A stretch of 53,014 nucleotides of DNA, taken from the NCBI GenBank assembly GCA_040387495.1, contig JAZKDQ010000008.1, positions 62,001 through 115,014 on the forward strand, read 5' to 3'. Numbering within the stretch: position 1 is the first letter of the stretch; every line of letters begins with the position of its first letter. This stretch comes from Pseudomonadota bacterium (lineage in GTDB: Bacteria > Pseudomonadota > Alphaproteobacteria > Paracaedibacterales > CAIOTO01). Of the stretch, positions 1-9,582 are shown one piece after another. Made by a program: the position numbers and the translations under genes. The notes under the pieces are model-generated. The model searched no databases. It was not told the origin of the DNA and worked only from the letters and a program-made list of their open reading frames with translations.

Positions 1-41
1 GTGTGTACAGAAAAAAGTGTGCGTACGAATAATAGTGACAA

Positions 42-479
42 TCAGTCTTTTGTATATCTCGTTGTAATCTCGTAATCTTTGTTTGTTCCACTAATTTTAT
101 AATGTATATCAAAACATTGTTCTGCCTTTACAATCAATGTGCATTTATATATGTCTTGCCCACATAAATGAGTGTGATTTAGGGTGATAGGGTATGATGT
201 ATGGTTACTCTCAAAATCAAATTTGTGGAGTAAAGAATGATCGCTTTTATAAATAGTGAGAACGTTCATATCGTATGAAAAAATTCGTTTCTGAAAAAAA
301 TCATAAGCAATTTCGTCAACGGTGTAGGTTCCGTATTCGTGATAGCTTAGGGTATTTTCCGATAATTTTTTAAATGTGGCTGCACCTTTTATATGCAGTG
401 CTGGCTTTGATATAGAACGCTCAAAATTCCATAATCCAGAAAAATGCTTTAAAAATTCTGCGAATACATTTTGTGCCAA
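42..479 (-). CDS. DUF6314-like hypothetical protein
   Basis: 145 aa ORF; the pattern GxWxFER...G.A.F...L.Y.E.G...H.C..D.Y...G..KDY...T.Y resembles DUF6314; TTG start uncertain. Confidence 0.65.
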   Translation of the reverse strand: MAQNVFAEFLKHFSGLWNFERSISKPALHIKGAATFKKLSENTLSYHEYGTYTVDEIAYDFFQKRIFSYDMNVLTIYKSDHSLLHKFDFESNHTSYPITLNHTHLCGQDIYKCTLIVKAEQCFDIHYKISGTNKDYEITTRYTKD

Positions 480-650
480 CGTATATAAGTTCTTTTGCTA
501 TGGAAGATGTTTATTATATAGTACATTTTGCTTTGAATCGTCCAGCATTCACATGTGGAAGCTGTATTATTGATTGTTAACCATTTTAAAGTGGAGTTGC
601 TTTATGGTATCCTTTTACAAAATCACCAGTTAAACCAGGGGCATCTATTA

Positions 651-1094
651 ATGGAACATGAGAAAATTAAAAAGAAGAGTGTGAAAGAAAAATCGGTCAA
701 AAGCGCGATATCTAAAGCTGCCCAGATTGATGACGTATATGATGCTGTGGTTTCTGAAGAAGATGAGCAGCATGCGCGTGCAAAATTACGTGAATTAAAA
801 AAGTTTTATACGGATTTGCTGGTTTACGGTGTTGTTTGCGCATGTTCAATTATTGTTTGGCTGTCTATGGGGGCAGGAACGTTTTGGCCTATCTGGGTTA
901 TTATAGGGTGTGGTATCAATGTAGCGTTAAAAGGTATTTCACTTGGACAAATTCCATTGCTTGAAGAGTTTTTCCCATTTTTAGGAAATTCGTGGGAAGA
1001 ATCTCAGCTTGAAAAGGTTTTGAACCGTTCAAATGATCATGGCGCAACTGAAAATCAACATTCAGATTATGATGTGAATCACAAATCGGATTAG
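651..1094 (+). CDS. 2TM domain-containing membrane protein
   Basis: ARAKLRELKKFYTDLLVY...FWPIWVIIGCG...WEESQLEK matches the 2TM family pattern; ATG at 651 preferred to the ORF-track start 555. Confidence 0.7.
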   Translation: MEHEKIKKKSVKEKSVKSAISKAAQIDDVYDAVVSEEDEQHARAKLRELKKFYTDLLVYGVVCACSIIVWLSMGAGTFWPIWVIIGCGINVALKGISLGQIPLLEEFFPFLGNSWEESQLEKVLNRSNDHGATENQHSDYDVNHKSD

Positions 1095-1099
1095 TTTTA

Positions 1100-3352
1100 A
1101 TGTTGAGGGCTATTTATCGCATCTTAAAGGTTATTACCATTTGCCTTGGTGCTTTTGCGTGTGCAGTGATGGCTCTTTTATATTATTGCGGGCGTGATTT
1201 ACCTAATCATGCCTTTTTACAAAACTATAAGCCTCCAGAGGGCTCCCGTATTTACAATAGTAATAATGAACTTTATCGAGAATTCGTTTCTGAATATCGT
1301 ATTTTCGTCCCTATTCATGAAATTCCTCCTCAGCTTATAAAAGCATTTTTGGCAGCAGAAGATAAAAATTTTTATTATCACCCTGGTGTTGATGTATTTA
1401 GTTTATTTAGGGCAGTTATCCGAAATACATTGCATAGAAAATGGCACGCAAAACCTGTTGGGGCCTCTACGATTACACAACAAGTTGCAAAGAATTTTCT
1501 GGTTGGAAATGATCAATCGGTTATGCGAAAGGTTCGTGAGGCGATTATGTCTATGCGAATTGAAGGCGCTTTGTCTAAAGATCGCATTCTCGAGCTTTAC
1601 TTTAACCAAATTTACCTTGGTATGCGAAGTTATGGTGTTGCTGCTGCTGCGTATACCTATTTCCAAAAACCACTTCATGAACTAACGCTTGTTGAATGCG
1701 CTTTTTTAGCGTCTCTTCCAAAAGCACCTGCAAACTATCATCCGATTCGAGAACAAAAAAAAGCTTTAATGCGCAGAAATGCAACTTTGCGGCGTTTAGC
1801 AGAAGACGGGGAAATTACATATGAGGCTGCGCAAGAGGCGCAGAATGAGCCATTAAATGTTTCGTTACCTGAACGTTTAAATCAAATCACTTATGTAAGT
1901 GAGGAGATTCGGCGTGAACTTATGCAACGCTTTAAGGATGGTGCCGTTTACCAAGAAGGCTATTCAATTTATACCTCGCTTGATGCCAATATTCAAACAC
2001 GTTGTGAGCGTTCACTTCGTTCAGGGCTTGAGCTTTACGATAAACGACACGGGTATCGTGGTGCGCTATTGCAAATGACGCCTGTTGAAATGAAAATGTG
2101 GAAAGAATCTTTATCAGTAAAAGTAAATGCATTAAGTTCATTTCCAAAAGACCGAAAAAATGACATAGCAGTTGTATTAAGAGTTTTACCAAATTTAATT
2201 GAAATAGGTTTTGCTGATGGACATAAAGGTGAGATATCTAATAAGAGTTTTGAATCTTCAGATTTTGTTAAAGTAAAAAGATCTGTATCAAAGAAAAAAA
2301 TAGCGTTGAAATCAATTCTTCGTGAAGGTGATGTTATTGTTACCGCCATTGCTTCTGATTCAGCAGGCACTAATGCTATACAACATTATTTACTTGACCA
2401 AATTCCTGTAGTCACAGGTGCAATGATTGTGATGGATGCGGATACAGGCGAAATTCTTGCAATGACCGGTGGGTATAGCACTGATATTTCTCAGTTTAAT
2501 TGCGCAACACAGGCAGTTAGGCAGCCAGGATCGAGTTTTAAACCTTTTGTGTATTTAGCTGCTCTTGAATTGGGTTATACAAAAGACACCATTATTGATG
2601 ATAGTCCTATTGAAGTCGTACTTGGCGCTGGTCTTGGTGTATATGCACCTAAAAATTCCACGCGAAAATCTTTGGGCCCGACCCCATTTTATAAGGGAAT
2701 TGAGCAATCAGTAAATCAAATGACAGTACGTTTAGCGCATCAAATCGGAATGGGTCCCGTTCAAAATATGGCAAAACGTTTAGGGATTGCTGATAATATG
2801 CCTGCTCAATTAGCTATGTCACTGGGTGCAGGCGGGACGACACTTCTTAAGATCACGGCAGCCTATGCAACTATTGCAAATGCTGGAAAACGAGTTTTCC
2901 CACATTTTATTAAGCGAATAAACGATCGTAATGGTCACTCGATTTTTCAAATGCCACCGGCGTTTAACGATCATTTGCTTGATTCTGTATTGTCTCGTCA
3001 AACTGTATTGACAGATGATCGTATGCAAGTCATTGAAGCTCAGTATGCTGAGCAAATGCAAGAAATGCTGCGTGGTGTGGTTATGCGTGGAAATGCAAAA
3101 AAGATAAACTATCTACGTGAGCAATATGGTTTAGATATCGGGGGAAAAACAGGAACAACTAATGATTATAAAGATGCTTGGTTTATTGGTTTTATTCGGT
3201 TTCCATCAAATAAAACATGGATTGTTGGTACGTTTGTAGGATTTTCCGTTCCTAAATCCTTAGGTGAAGGTGAGGGAGGGGGACGTGCTGCAGTTCCTAT
3301 CTTTGAATCATTTGTTTCACATTCAGTAAATCTACGCAATATAAAAAAATAA
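1100..3352 (+). CDS. mrcA: Penicillin-binding protein 1A (bifunctional transglycosylase/transpeptidase)
   Basis: N-terminal TM; transglycosylase motifs AAEDKNFY, GASTITQQ, RKVRE; transpeptidase motifs SSFK, SVN, KTG. Confidence 0.95.
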   Translation: MLRAIYRILKVITICLGAFACAVMALLYYCGRDLPNHAFLQNYKPPEGSRIYNSNNELYREFVSEYRIFVPIHEIPPQLIKAFLAAEDKNFYYHPGVDVFSLFRAVIRNTLHRKWHAKPVGASTITQQVAKNFLVGNDQSVMRKVREAIMSMRIEGALSKDRILELYFNQIYLGMRSYGVAAAAYTYFQKPLHELTLVECAFLASLPKAPANYHPIREQKKALMRRNATLRRLAEDGEITYEAAQEAQNEPLNVSLPERLNQITYVSEEIRRELMQRFKDGAVYQEGYSIYTSLDANIQTRCERSLRSGLELYDKRHGYRGALLQMTPVEMKMWKESLSVKVNALSSFPKDRKNDIAVVLRVLPNLIEIGFADGHKGEISNKSFESSDFVKVKRSVSKKKIALKSILREGDVIVTAIASDSAGTNAIQHYLLDQIPVVTGAMIVMDADTGEILAMTGGYSTDISQFNCATQAVRQPGSSFKPFVYLAALELGYTKDTIIDDSPIEVVLGAGLGVYAPKNSTRKSLGPTPFYKGIEQSVNQMTVRLAHQIGMGPVQNMAKRLGIADNMPAQLAMSLGAGGTTLLKITAAYATIANAGKRVFPHFIKRINDRNGHSIFQMPPAFNDHLLDSVLSRQTVLTDDRMQVIEAQYAEQMQEMLRGVVMRGNAKKINYLREQYGLDIGGKTGTTNDYKDAWFIGFIRFPSNKTWIVGTFVGFSVPKSLGEGEGGGRAAVPIFESFVSHSVNLRNIKK

Positions 3353-3477
3353 GTTATTAAGTCTTCATAAAATGAACTAATGTTTGTTTTATTTTGTACC
3401 TATGAGTAAAAAAAAACGTGCAATTTTGCATTTTCGCGATTATGATCAGATCATGAGATTTCTACTTGATCGATATA

Positions 3478-4884
3478 ATGCCAAAAATAAATGCTGTTTC
3501 GTTAACAAGTGTAGTAGAAGAGACGCCAATGATGCCAGAAACATCGGTTCACCTTGAAGAGCCATTGATGCTAGGAAGTTCAAAAAGAAACAGCCAAAGT
3601 CAGAAAACCTTATTTAGGTACTGGCGTGTACGCATCATGTATTCGATGATGTTTGGGTATGCGGCCTTTTATTTATTGCGCGTCAATATGACAATGGCGA
3701 TGCCATTTATGCAAAGTGAATTAGGGTATAGTAAGACACAGCTAGGTGCTGTTATTTCTCTGGGTGCTATTTTTTATGGTTTTGGAAAGTGTTTGAGCGG
3801 TTATCTTGGTGACCGTATTAATGCGCGTTATATGATGTCATTTGGTTTGTTTATGTCAGCTGTCATGACATTCTGTATGGGATTTGGTTCGTATCTTACT
3901 TGGTTTTTTGTTTTTGGCATACTTAACAATTGTTTCCAATCAATGGGATGGCCGCCATGTGCCCGCCTGCTAAATCATTGGTATTCACCAAGAGAGCTTG
4001 CTAGTAAATGGGCTTTATGGAATTCATCTCAGCAAATAGGATGTTGTATCGTACTGGTATCTGCTGGCTTTATTATTGAGCAATATGGTTGGCGCTATAT
4101 GTTTTATATACCAGCTGTGGTTTGTGTATTTTTAGCTGTATTTTTGTTTAATAGATTGCGTGATACACCGGAGTCTCTAGGACTACCATCTATTGAGGAG
4201 CATCACGGCCTCGTATCAAACCAAAATGAAAATGAAGAAAAAATGTCATTACGTGAGATTTTACTGACACGTGTTTTAAATAATAAACTTGTCTGGTATG
4301 TGTGCATGGCAAACTTTTTTGTATATGTAGTTCGCATGACTGTTTTTACGTGGGCACCGACATTTTTAAGTGAATTTAAGGGAAGTACTATCACGACGGC
4401 AGGTTTTCAAACGGCAGTATATGATTTTGCAGGTATTTTTGGTGGATTACTCGCTGGCTATTTGTCAGATAAGGTTTTTAAAGGACATCGCGGGCGTGTT
4501 GGGGCGATATTTATGATCCTTTTGGTAGGATGCATTTTTGCATTATGGAAATCTCCTGCTGGCTCAACTGCGCTGCATTTTTTAATAATGGTCTTTGTTG
4601 GCTTTCTAATTACTGGGCCACAAATTCTTGTTGGCGTTGCTGCATCTGATTTTGCCTCAAAAAAGGCGGCTGGAACTGCCTCTGGATTAACGGGAACATT
4701 TGGGTATATTGGCACAGGTGTTGCAGGTGTTGGTATTGGCGCCATCGTTGATAATTTTGGCTGGGATTGGGCATTTATTATGATTACAATCTCTGCTTTA
4801 TTGGGCGCATTTTTCTTTGCACTAACATGGAATCATCGTTCAAAAGTTCTTGAAAACAATATGGAAAATGCTGCAATAGATTGA
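3478..4884 (+). CDS. MFS organophosphate:Pi antiporter (GlpT/UhpC/UhpT family)
   Basis: GYAAFYLLR, GYLGDR, FQSMGWPPC, RDTPESLGLP, GYLSDK, AAGTASGLTGTFGY; about 12 hydrophobic segments. Confidence 0.9.
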   Translation: MPKINAVSLTSVVEETPMMPETSVHLEEPLMLGSSKRNSQSQKTLFRYWRVRIMYSMMFGYAAFYLLRVNMTMAMPFMQSELGYSKTQLGAVISLGAIFYGFGKCLSGYLGDRINARYMMSFGLFMSAVMTFCMGFGSYLTWFFVFGILNNCFQSMGWPPCARLLNHWYSPRELASKWALWNSSQQIGCCIVLVSAGFIIEQYGWRYMFYIPAVVCVFLAVFLFNRLRDTPESLGLPSIEEHHGLVSNQNENEEKMSLREILLTRVLNNKLVWYVCMANFFVYVVRMTVFTWAPTFLSEFKGSTITTAGFQTAVYDFAGIFGGLLAGYLSDKVFKGHRGRVGAIFMILLVGCIFALWKSPAGSTALHFLIMVFVGFLITGPQILVGVAASDFASKKAAGTASGLTGTFGYIGTGVAGVGIGAIVDNFGWDWAFIMITISALLGAFFFALTWNHRSKVLENNMENAAID

Positions 4885-4894
4885 AACCTAACAA

Positions 4895-6772
4895 ATGACT
4901 TATTATGATCGAATTTTAGCAATAAGTCGCCGCTATGATCTAGCGAGTAAATTACCATATGTTTTAAGTGTTTTGGCAATTGTCTGTGGTTTTATGACCT
5001 ACTGGGCTTTGACACGTGATAATCCACTTGGTGAAAAAAGCCGTTTTGTCATCTTTTTCATTTATCTTGATCTTACAATTCTCCTTCTTCTTGCTGTTGT
5101 GATTGCACGACGCCTTGTAGAGCTTTGGATTGAGCATCGACGTGGCTTAAAAGGTTCTAAGCTACATGTACATATTGTAGCGTTATTCGCTTTTGTTTCT
5201 GTTACGCCTGCTATTTTTGTTGCCATTTTCTCAGCACTTTTTTTCAATATTGGGGTTGATGCATGGTTTGGAAAGCCTGTGCAAGACGCGCTTCAGCAGG
5301 CAAATGTCGTTGCAGAATCGTATTTAAAAGAACATAAAAAATCCATTGGTATTGACATCGAATCCTTGAAAAGACTTTATTCGCCCCATATGCCTTACAT
5401 CATTGAGAGTCAGGGAAGTCCTGAAAATCAAGAAAAGATCTCAGAAGATTTAAGTAGTAAGGCACGTGATCGCGGACTGGCTGAAATTCTTATTTTTGAA
5501 GGCCATAAAAATCCGCGCACATTAGGGCGTTCGTATTTTACGATTTCTCTTATGCTTGAGGACTTAAAAGAATCACTTATAAAAGCGCACGATAAGCCTG
5601 GTGATCTTGTTATTATTGATTCAAAAGTAAAAGATCGTGTTCGTGCATTAATTATGCTTGACCAAACGACTGATACATATCTGCTCGTGGGGAAGTTTAT
5701 TGATCCTAATGTACTAAAACATGTTGATTTAACAAAATCAGCTATTAAAGATTACGCCACATTAGAAAGCCACCGCGCTGATGTGCAGGTAACCTTTGTT
5801 GTTTTCTTTTCTATTGTGGCTTTGCTTCTTTTGATGGCGGCCATATGGGTAGGCTTGATTATTGCAGATTTGATGGTTAAGCCCATTACAAAATTAATTG
5901 AAGCTGCTCAATCAGTTGCTGAAGGGGATCTCACGATAAAACTTGATACGCATGCATTAAATAATGAAATTGATGACTTATGTCGATCTTTTAATCGGAT
6001 GACACACCAGTTATTGCAACAAAAGCATGATTTAATTTTATCGGAAAAAAAGTCAACATGGGCTGATATGGCGCGAAAAATTGCGCATGAAATTAAAAAC
6101 CCATTAACACCAATTCAGCTGGCGGCAGAACGTTTAAAGCGTCGTTATCTAAAAGAAATCACAACTGATCCTGATACGTTTAAAGCCTGTATAGATACGA
6201 TTATTCGTCAAGTTGGCAGCATTGGTAATCTTGTAAACGAATTCTCAAATTTTGCGCGGATGCCTGAACCAAAACTTGAAATGTTTGATTGGGTTGAGCT
6301 TTGTCAGCAGTCTCTGTTTTTACAAAGTCAGGCTCACCCTGAACTTGATTTAACATTTGAATCTGATTTTAAAGCATATCCTGCTATGATAGATTCTTTG
6401 CAAATGGGCCAGGTTTTAACAAATCTTTTGCAGAACTCAATTAATGCTGTGATGGAAAATCAGAATTCTTTATGTGATCCAAAGATTAGGCTTAGACTTT
6501 ATGAAGAGAACTCTATATTATACATATCAATAGATGATAACGGTCCTGGTTTCCCTGTACACGAGAGAAATAAGCTGCTTGAACCTTATTATACGACGCG
6601 TGAAAAAGGTACTGGTTTAGGCCTTGCTATTGTCACAAAAATTGTATCTGATCATTACGGCCGAATTGAACTAGAAGAAAGTAAAGAACTGGGGGGTGCT
6701 TCGGTTATATTAAGCTTTCCAAAACGAGATAAAAAAGAAAAGGATGCGAACGAATGTCACACGATATCTTGA
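4895..6772 (+). CDS. ntrY: Sensor histidine kinase NtrY
   Basis: Three N-terminal TMs, HAMP, H-box WADMARKIAHEIKNPLTPIQL, DDNGPG, GTGLGL; directly upstream of ntrX. Confidence 0.92.
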   Translation: MTYYDRILAISRRYDLASKLPYVLSVLAIVCGFMTYWALTRDNPLGEKSRFVIFFIYLDLTILLLLAVVIARRLVELWIEHRRGLKGSKLHVHIVALFAFVSVTPAIFVAIFSALFFNIGVDAWFGKPVQDALQQANVVAESYLKEHKKSIGIDIESLKRLYSPHMPYIIESQGSPENQEKISEDLSSKARDRGLAEILIFEGHKNPRTLGRSYFTISLMLEDLKESLIKAHDKPGDLVIIDSKVKDRVRALIMLDQTTDTYLLVGKFIDPNVLKHVDLTKSAIKDYATLESHRADVQVTFVVFFSIVALLLLMAAIWVGLIIADLMVKPITKLIEAAQSVAEGDLTIKLDTHALNNEIDDLCRSFNRMTHQLLQQKHDLILSEKKSTWADMARKIAHEIKNPLTPIQLAAERLKRRYLKEITTDPDTFKACIDTIIRQVGSIGNLVNEFSNFARMPEPKLEMFDWVELCQQSLFLQSQAHPELDLTFESDFKAYPAMIDSLQMGQVLTNLLQNSINAVMENQNSLCDPKIRLRLYEENSILYISIDDNGPGFPVHERNKLLEPYYTTREKGTGLGLAIVTKIVSDHYGRIELEESKELGGASVILSFPKRDKKEKDANECHTIS

Positions 6773-8190
6773 TTGTTGATGATGAAGCTGATATTAGAGA
6801 CCTTGTTTCTGGCATATTAGAAGATGAAGGTTACCAAACACGCACAGCGGCAGATGGTATATCAGCATTAGAATGTGTGAAAATGCGGCAGCCAAGCTTA
6901 GTGGTTTTAGATGTGTGGCTTGGTGATGGCGAGCGTGATGGTCTTAAAATTCTTGAAATAATAAAACGTGACCATCCTTACGTTCCAGTGGTTATGATCA
7001 GTGGTCATAGCACTATTGAGACAGCTGTCTCAGCCATTAAAAAGGGAGCATATGACTTTTTAGAAAAACCATTTCAGTCTGAACGATTATTGTTGATTGC
7101 AAAGCGTGCTATAGAGTCCTCTAGACTTAAACGTGAAAATGATGAGCTTCGTGTGAAAGCACGTGTTACAGCCACAGCACTAATTGGTAGCACCGGTAGC
7201 GTACCACAATTGCGTCAAACGGTTGATAAGATAGCGGCAACAAATGGGCGTGTGTTTATAACGGGTCCTTTAGGGTCTGGAAAAGAATCTGTTGCACGTG
7301 AAATTCACCTACAATCGAAGAGATCAGACGCGCCATTTTGGGTTGTAAATTGCGGTGCAATGCATCCAACAAAACTCGAAGCTGAGCTGTTGGGAACAGA
7401 AATTGCAAATCATGATCAAAATCAGCCACGTAAGATTGGCATTTTAGAACAAGCACATGGAGGTACAGTTTATTTTGATGAGCTTACCCAATTACCATTG
7501 CCGCTTCAATCGCGACTTGTTAAAGTTTTACAAGAACAAGCATTTACACGTGTCGGTGGTACGGAAAAAATTGCTATTGATGTCCGCTTTATTGGTGGAA
7601 CATCTGATGATGTTCAGTTGATGATTCAAGAAGGAAATTTTAGAGAAGACCTGTATTATCGCTTAAGCGTTACTCATTTGGTTTTGCCTGCTTTAAAAGA
7701 TCGGATTGGTGATATTCCAACACTAGCACAACGGTTAATGGAAGAAGCTGCTGCAGCGGCAGGTATGCAAGCACGACCTTTTGCTGAAGATGCAATTGTT
7801 TTGATGCAATCGTACAACTGGCCTGGTGATTTGCAACAGCTACGTAACGTGATTGATTGGCTATTGATTATGTCAGGTACTGAAAGTCAGCATCCTATTT
7901 TGGCGTCTCATCTGCCGTCTGAAATTATAAATGGTAATACATTCGTGTCAAATTGGCAAAGTAAGAGCGCAGACATCGTTGTGTTGCCCTTGCGTGAAGC
8001 GCGTGAAGCTTTTGAGCGGGAGTATTTGCTAGCTCAAGTTAATCGATTCTCTGGGAATATTTCCCAAACAGCCCGCTTTATTGGAATGGAACGATCGGCA
8101 TTGCACCGTAAATTACGAGCGCTTGGAGTGCATGATGTAAGAAATCGTGCTGATGATGATATGATTACTGATGAAGCAGTCGGAGCATAA
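6754..8190 (+). CDS. ntrX: Response regulator NtrX (REC-AAA+-HTH)
   Basis: DILIVDDE, LDVW, MISGH, KPF; AAA+ GPLGSGKE with no GAFTGA loop (typical of NtrX); GMERSALHRKL. Confidence 0.95.
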   Translation: MSHDILIVDDEADIRDLVSGILEDEGYQTRTAADGISALECVKMRQPSLVVLDVWLGDGERDGLKILEIIKRDHPYVPVVMISGHSTIETAVSAIKKGAYDFLEKPFQSERLLLIAKRAIESSRLKRENDELRVKARVTATALIGSTGSVPQLRQTVDKIAATNGRVFITGPLGSGKESVAREIHLQSKRSDAPFWVVNCGAMHPTKLEAELLGTEIANHDQNQPRKIGILEQAHGGTVYFDELTQLPLPLQSRLVKVLQEQAFTRVGGTEKIAIDVRFIGGTSDDVQLMIQEGNFREDLYYRLSVTHLVLPALKDRIGDIPTLAQRLMEEAAAAAGMQARPFAEDAIVLMQSYNWPGDLQQLRNVIDWLLIMSGTESQHPILASHLPSEIINGNTFVSNWQSKSADIVVLPLREAREAFEREYLLAQVNRFSGNISQTARFIGMERSALHRKLRALGVHDVRNRADDDMITDEAVGA

Positions 8191-8199
8191 GTTTTCTTT

Positions 8200-9581
8200 A
8201 TGAAAGTTGTTATTCTTGGTGCTGGACAGGTTGGTTACAGTATTGCGCGTTATTTGGCAACAGAAGAAAACGATATTACTATTGTTGACCAGTCTGCTGA
8301 GGTTCTAAGACGTATTAGTGATAAAATCGATGTTCAGCCAATTGTTGGTTTTGCATCACATCCAAATGTATTGCAAAAAGCATGTGCTGAGAATGCAGAT
8401 TTGTTGATTGCAGTTACGGCTTCTGATGAAGTTAATATGGTGGCGTGTGAAGTGGCGCATTCTTTGTTTGGTGTTAAAACAAAAATAGCACGTATTCGTC
8501 ATCAGAACTACCTGACTTCCGAAAACTCATCTCATTTTAGACAGAATATGGCAATTGATGTCACCATATCACCGGAAGTAGAAGTTGCCAAATCGTTGGC
8601 GCGTAGCACTAAAATAGCAGGTGCGTTCGAAGTTATTTCATTGGCATTCGATAAAGTAAAAGTTATTGGTGTGCGCTGTCATGCACGCTCTCCTATTTTA
8701 AATACGCCGCTTCGTTTGCTATCCACACAATTTCTTCATCTTGACCTTATTATCATGTGCATATGCCGTGGTGATAAAATCTTTTTTCCAAATAAAGATG
8801 ACCTCCTTGAAGCTGATGATGAGGTTTATTTTATTGTGCGTCAAGGCGATGTTACTGCTGCAATGGAAGCATTTGGCTATTTTTCTGAAGAAAAACGTAA
8901 ACTTATTATTGTCGGTGGTGGAAATATTGGTCTTGGTTTTGCACAAGAACTTGAGGCGCAAAATAGCGATATTAAAGTTAAAATCATTGAAAAAAATGCC
9001 GAACGATCGGAAGCAATTGCTCATATTTTAAAATCCACAGAAGTTTTAAATGGAGACGCGCTTGATTTTGACGTGCTTGCAGAAGCGAACGTTCAAGAGG
9101 CAGAGACCATCCTTGCGCTCACAGATGATGATCGTGTGAATATTTTGGTGTCACTGCTTGCAAAACGGCAGGGTGCAAAACGCTCCACCTCATTGCTTAA
9201 TAAAATGACGTATGCAAGTTTGGTTACATCCCTTGGTGTGGATGCAATCATTAGCCCACGTGTTATTACCGTTTCAACGATCTTGCAGCATGTTTGTCAG
9301 GGACGTGTCCGTACGATATATTCTCTTGCAGGTGGGTATGCAGAAGTCATTGAAGCAGAGGCACGAGAGACAAGTTACATTATTGGTCTAACTGTTGNNN
9401 NNNNNNNGATATAACCGTTCGTGATTCTATCCTTGTGGCGGCAATTATTCGAGGGAATGAAATCACACTAAATCCAGCACGCCTCATTATTGGTGTGGGT
9501 GATACACTGATTTTAATGGTTAAACGCGATTGCGCACGTAAAGTTGAAAAACTGTTTTCGGTTAGACCTTCTTATTTGTAA
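8200..9581 (+). CDS. trkA: Trk potassium uptake NAD-binding subunit TrkA, split by an N gap at 9398-9407
   Basis: Two Rossmann motifs GAGQVG and GGGNIG; after the Ns the RCK_C end continues in another frame: DITVRDSILVAAIIRGNE...VEKLFSVRPSYL*, TAA at 9579-9581. Confidence 0.92.
9398..9407. other. Assembly/scaffold gap (10 N)
   Basis: Run of 10 n characters. Confidence 1.
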
Positions 9582-9582
9582 G

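Noticed and set aside
2100..2310. AT-rich stretch within mrcA
   Set aside because: It falls in the variable OB-like insertion of PBP1A, and the contrast is modest
6754..8190. Missing GAFTGA loop in the sigma54-type AAA+ domain
   Set aside because: This is a known property of NtrX, not novel
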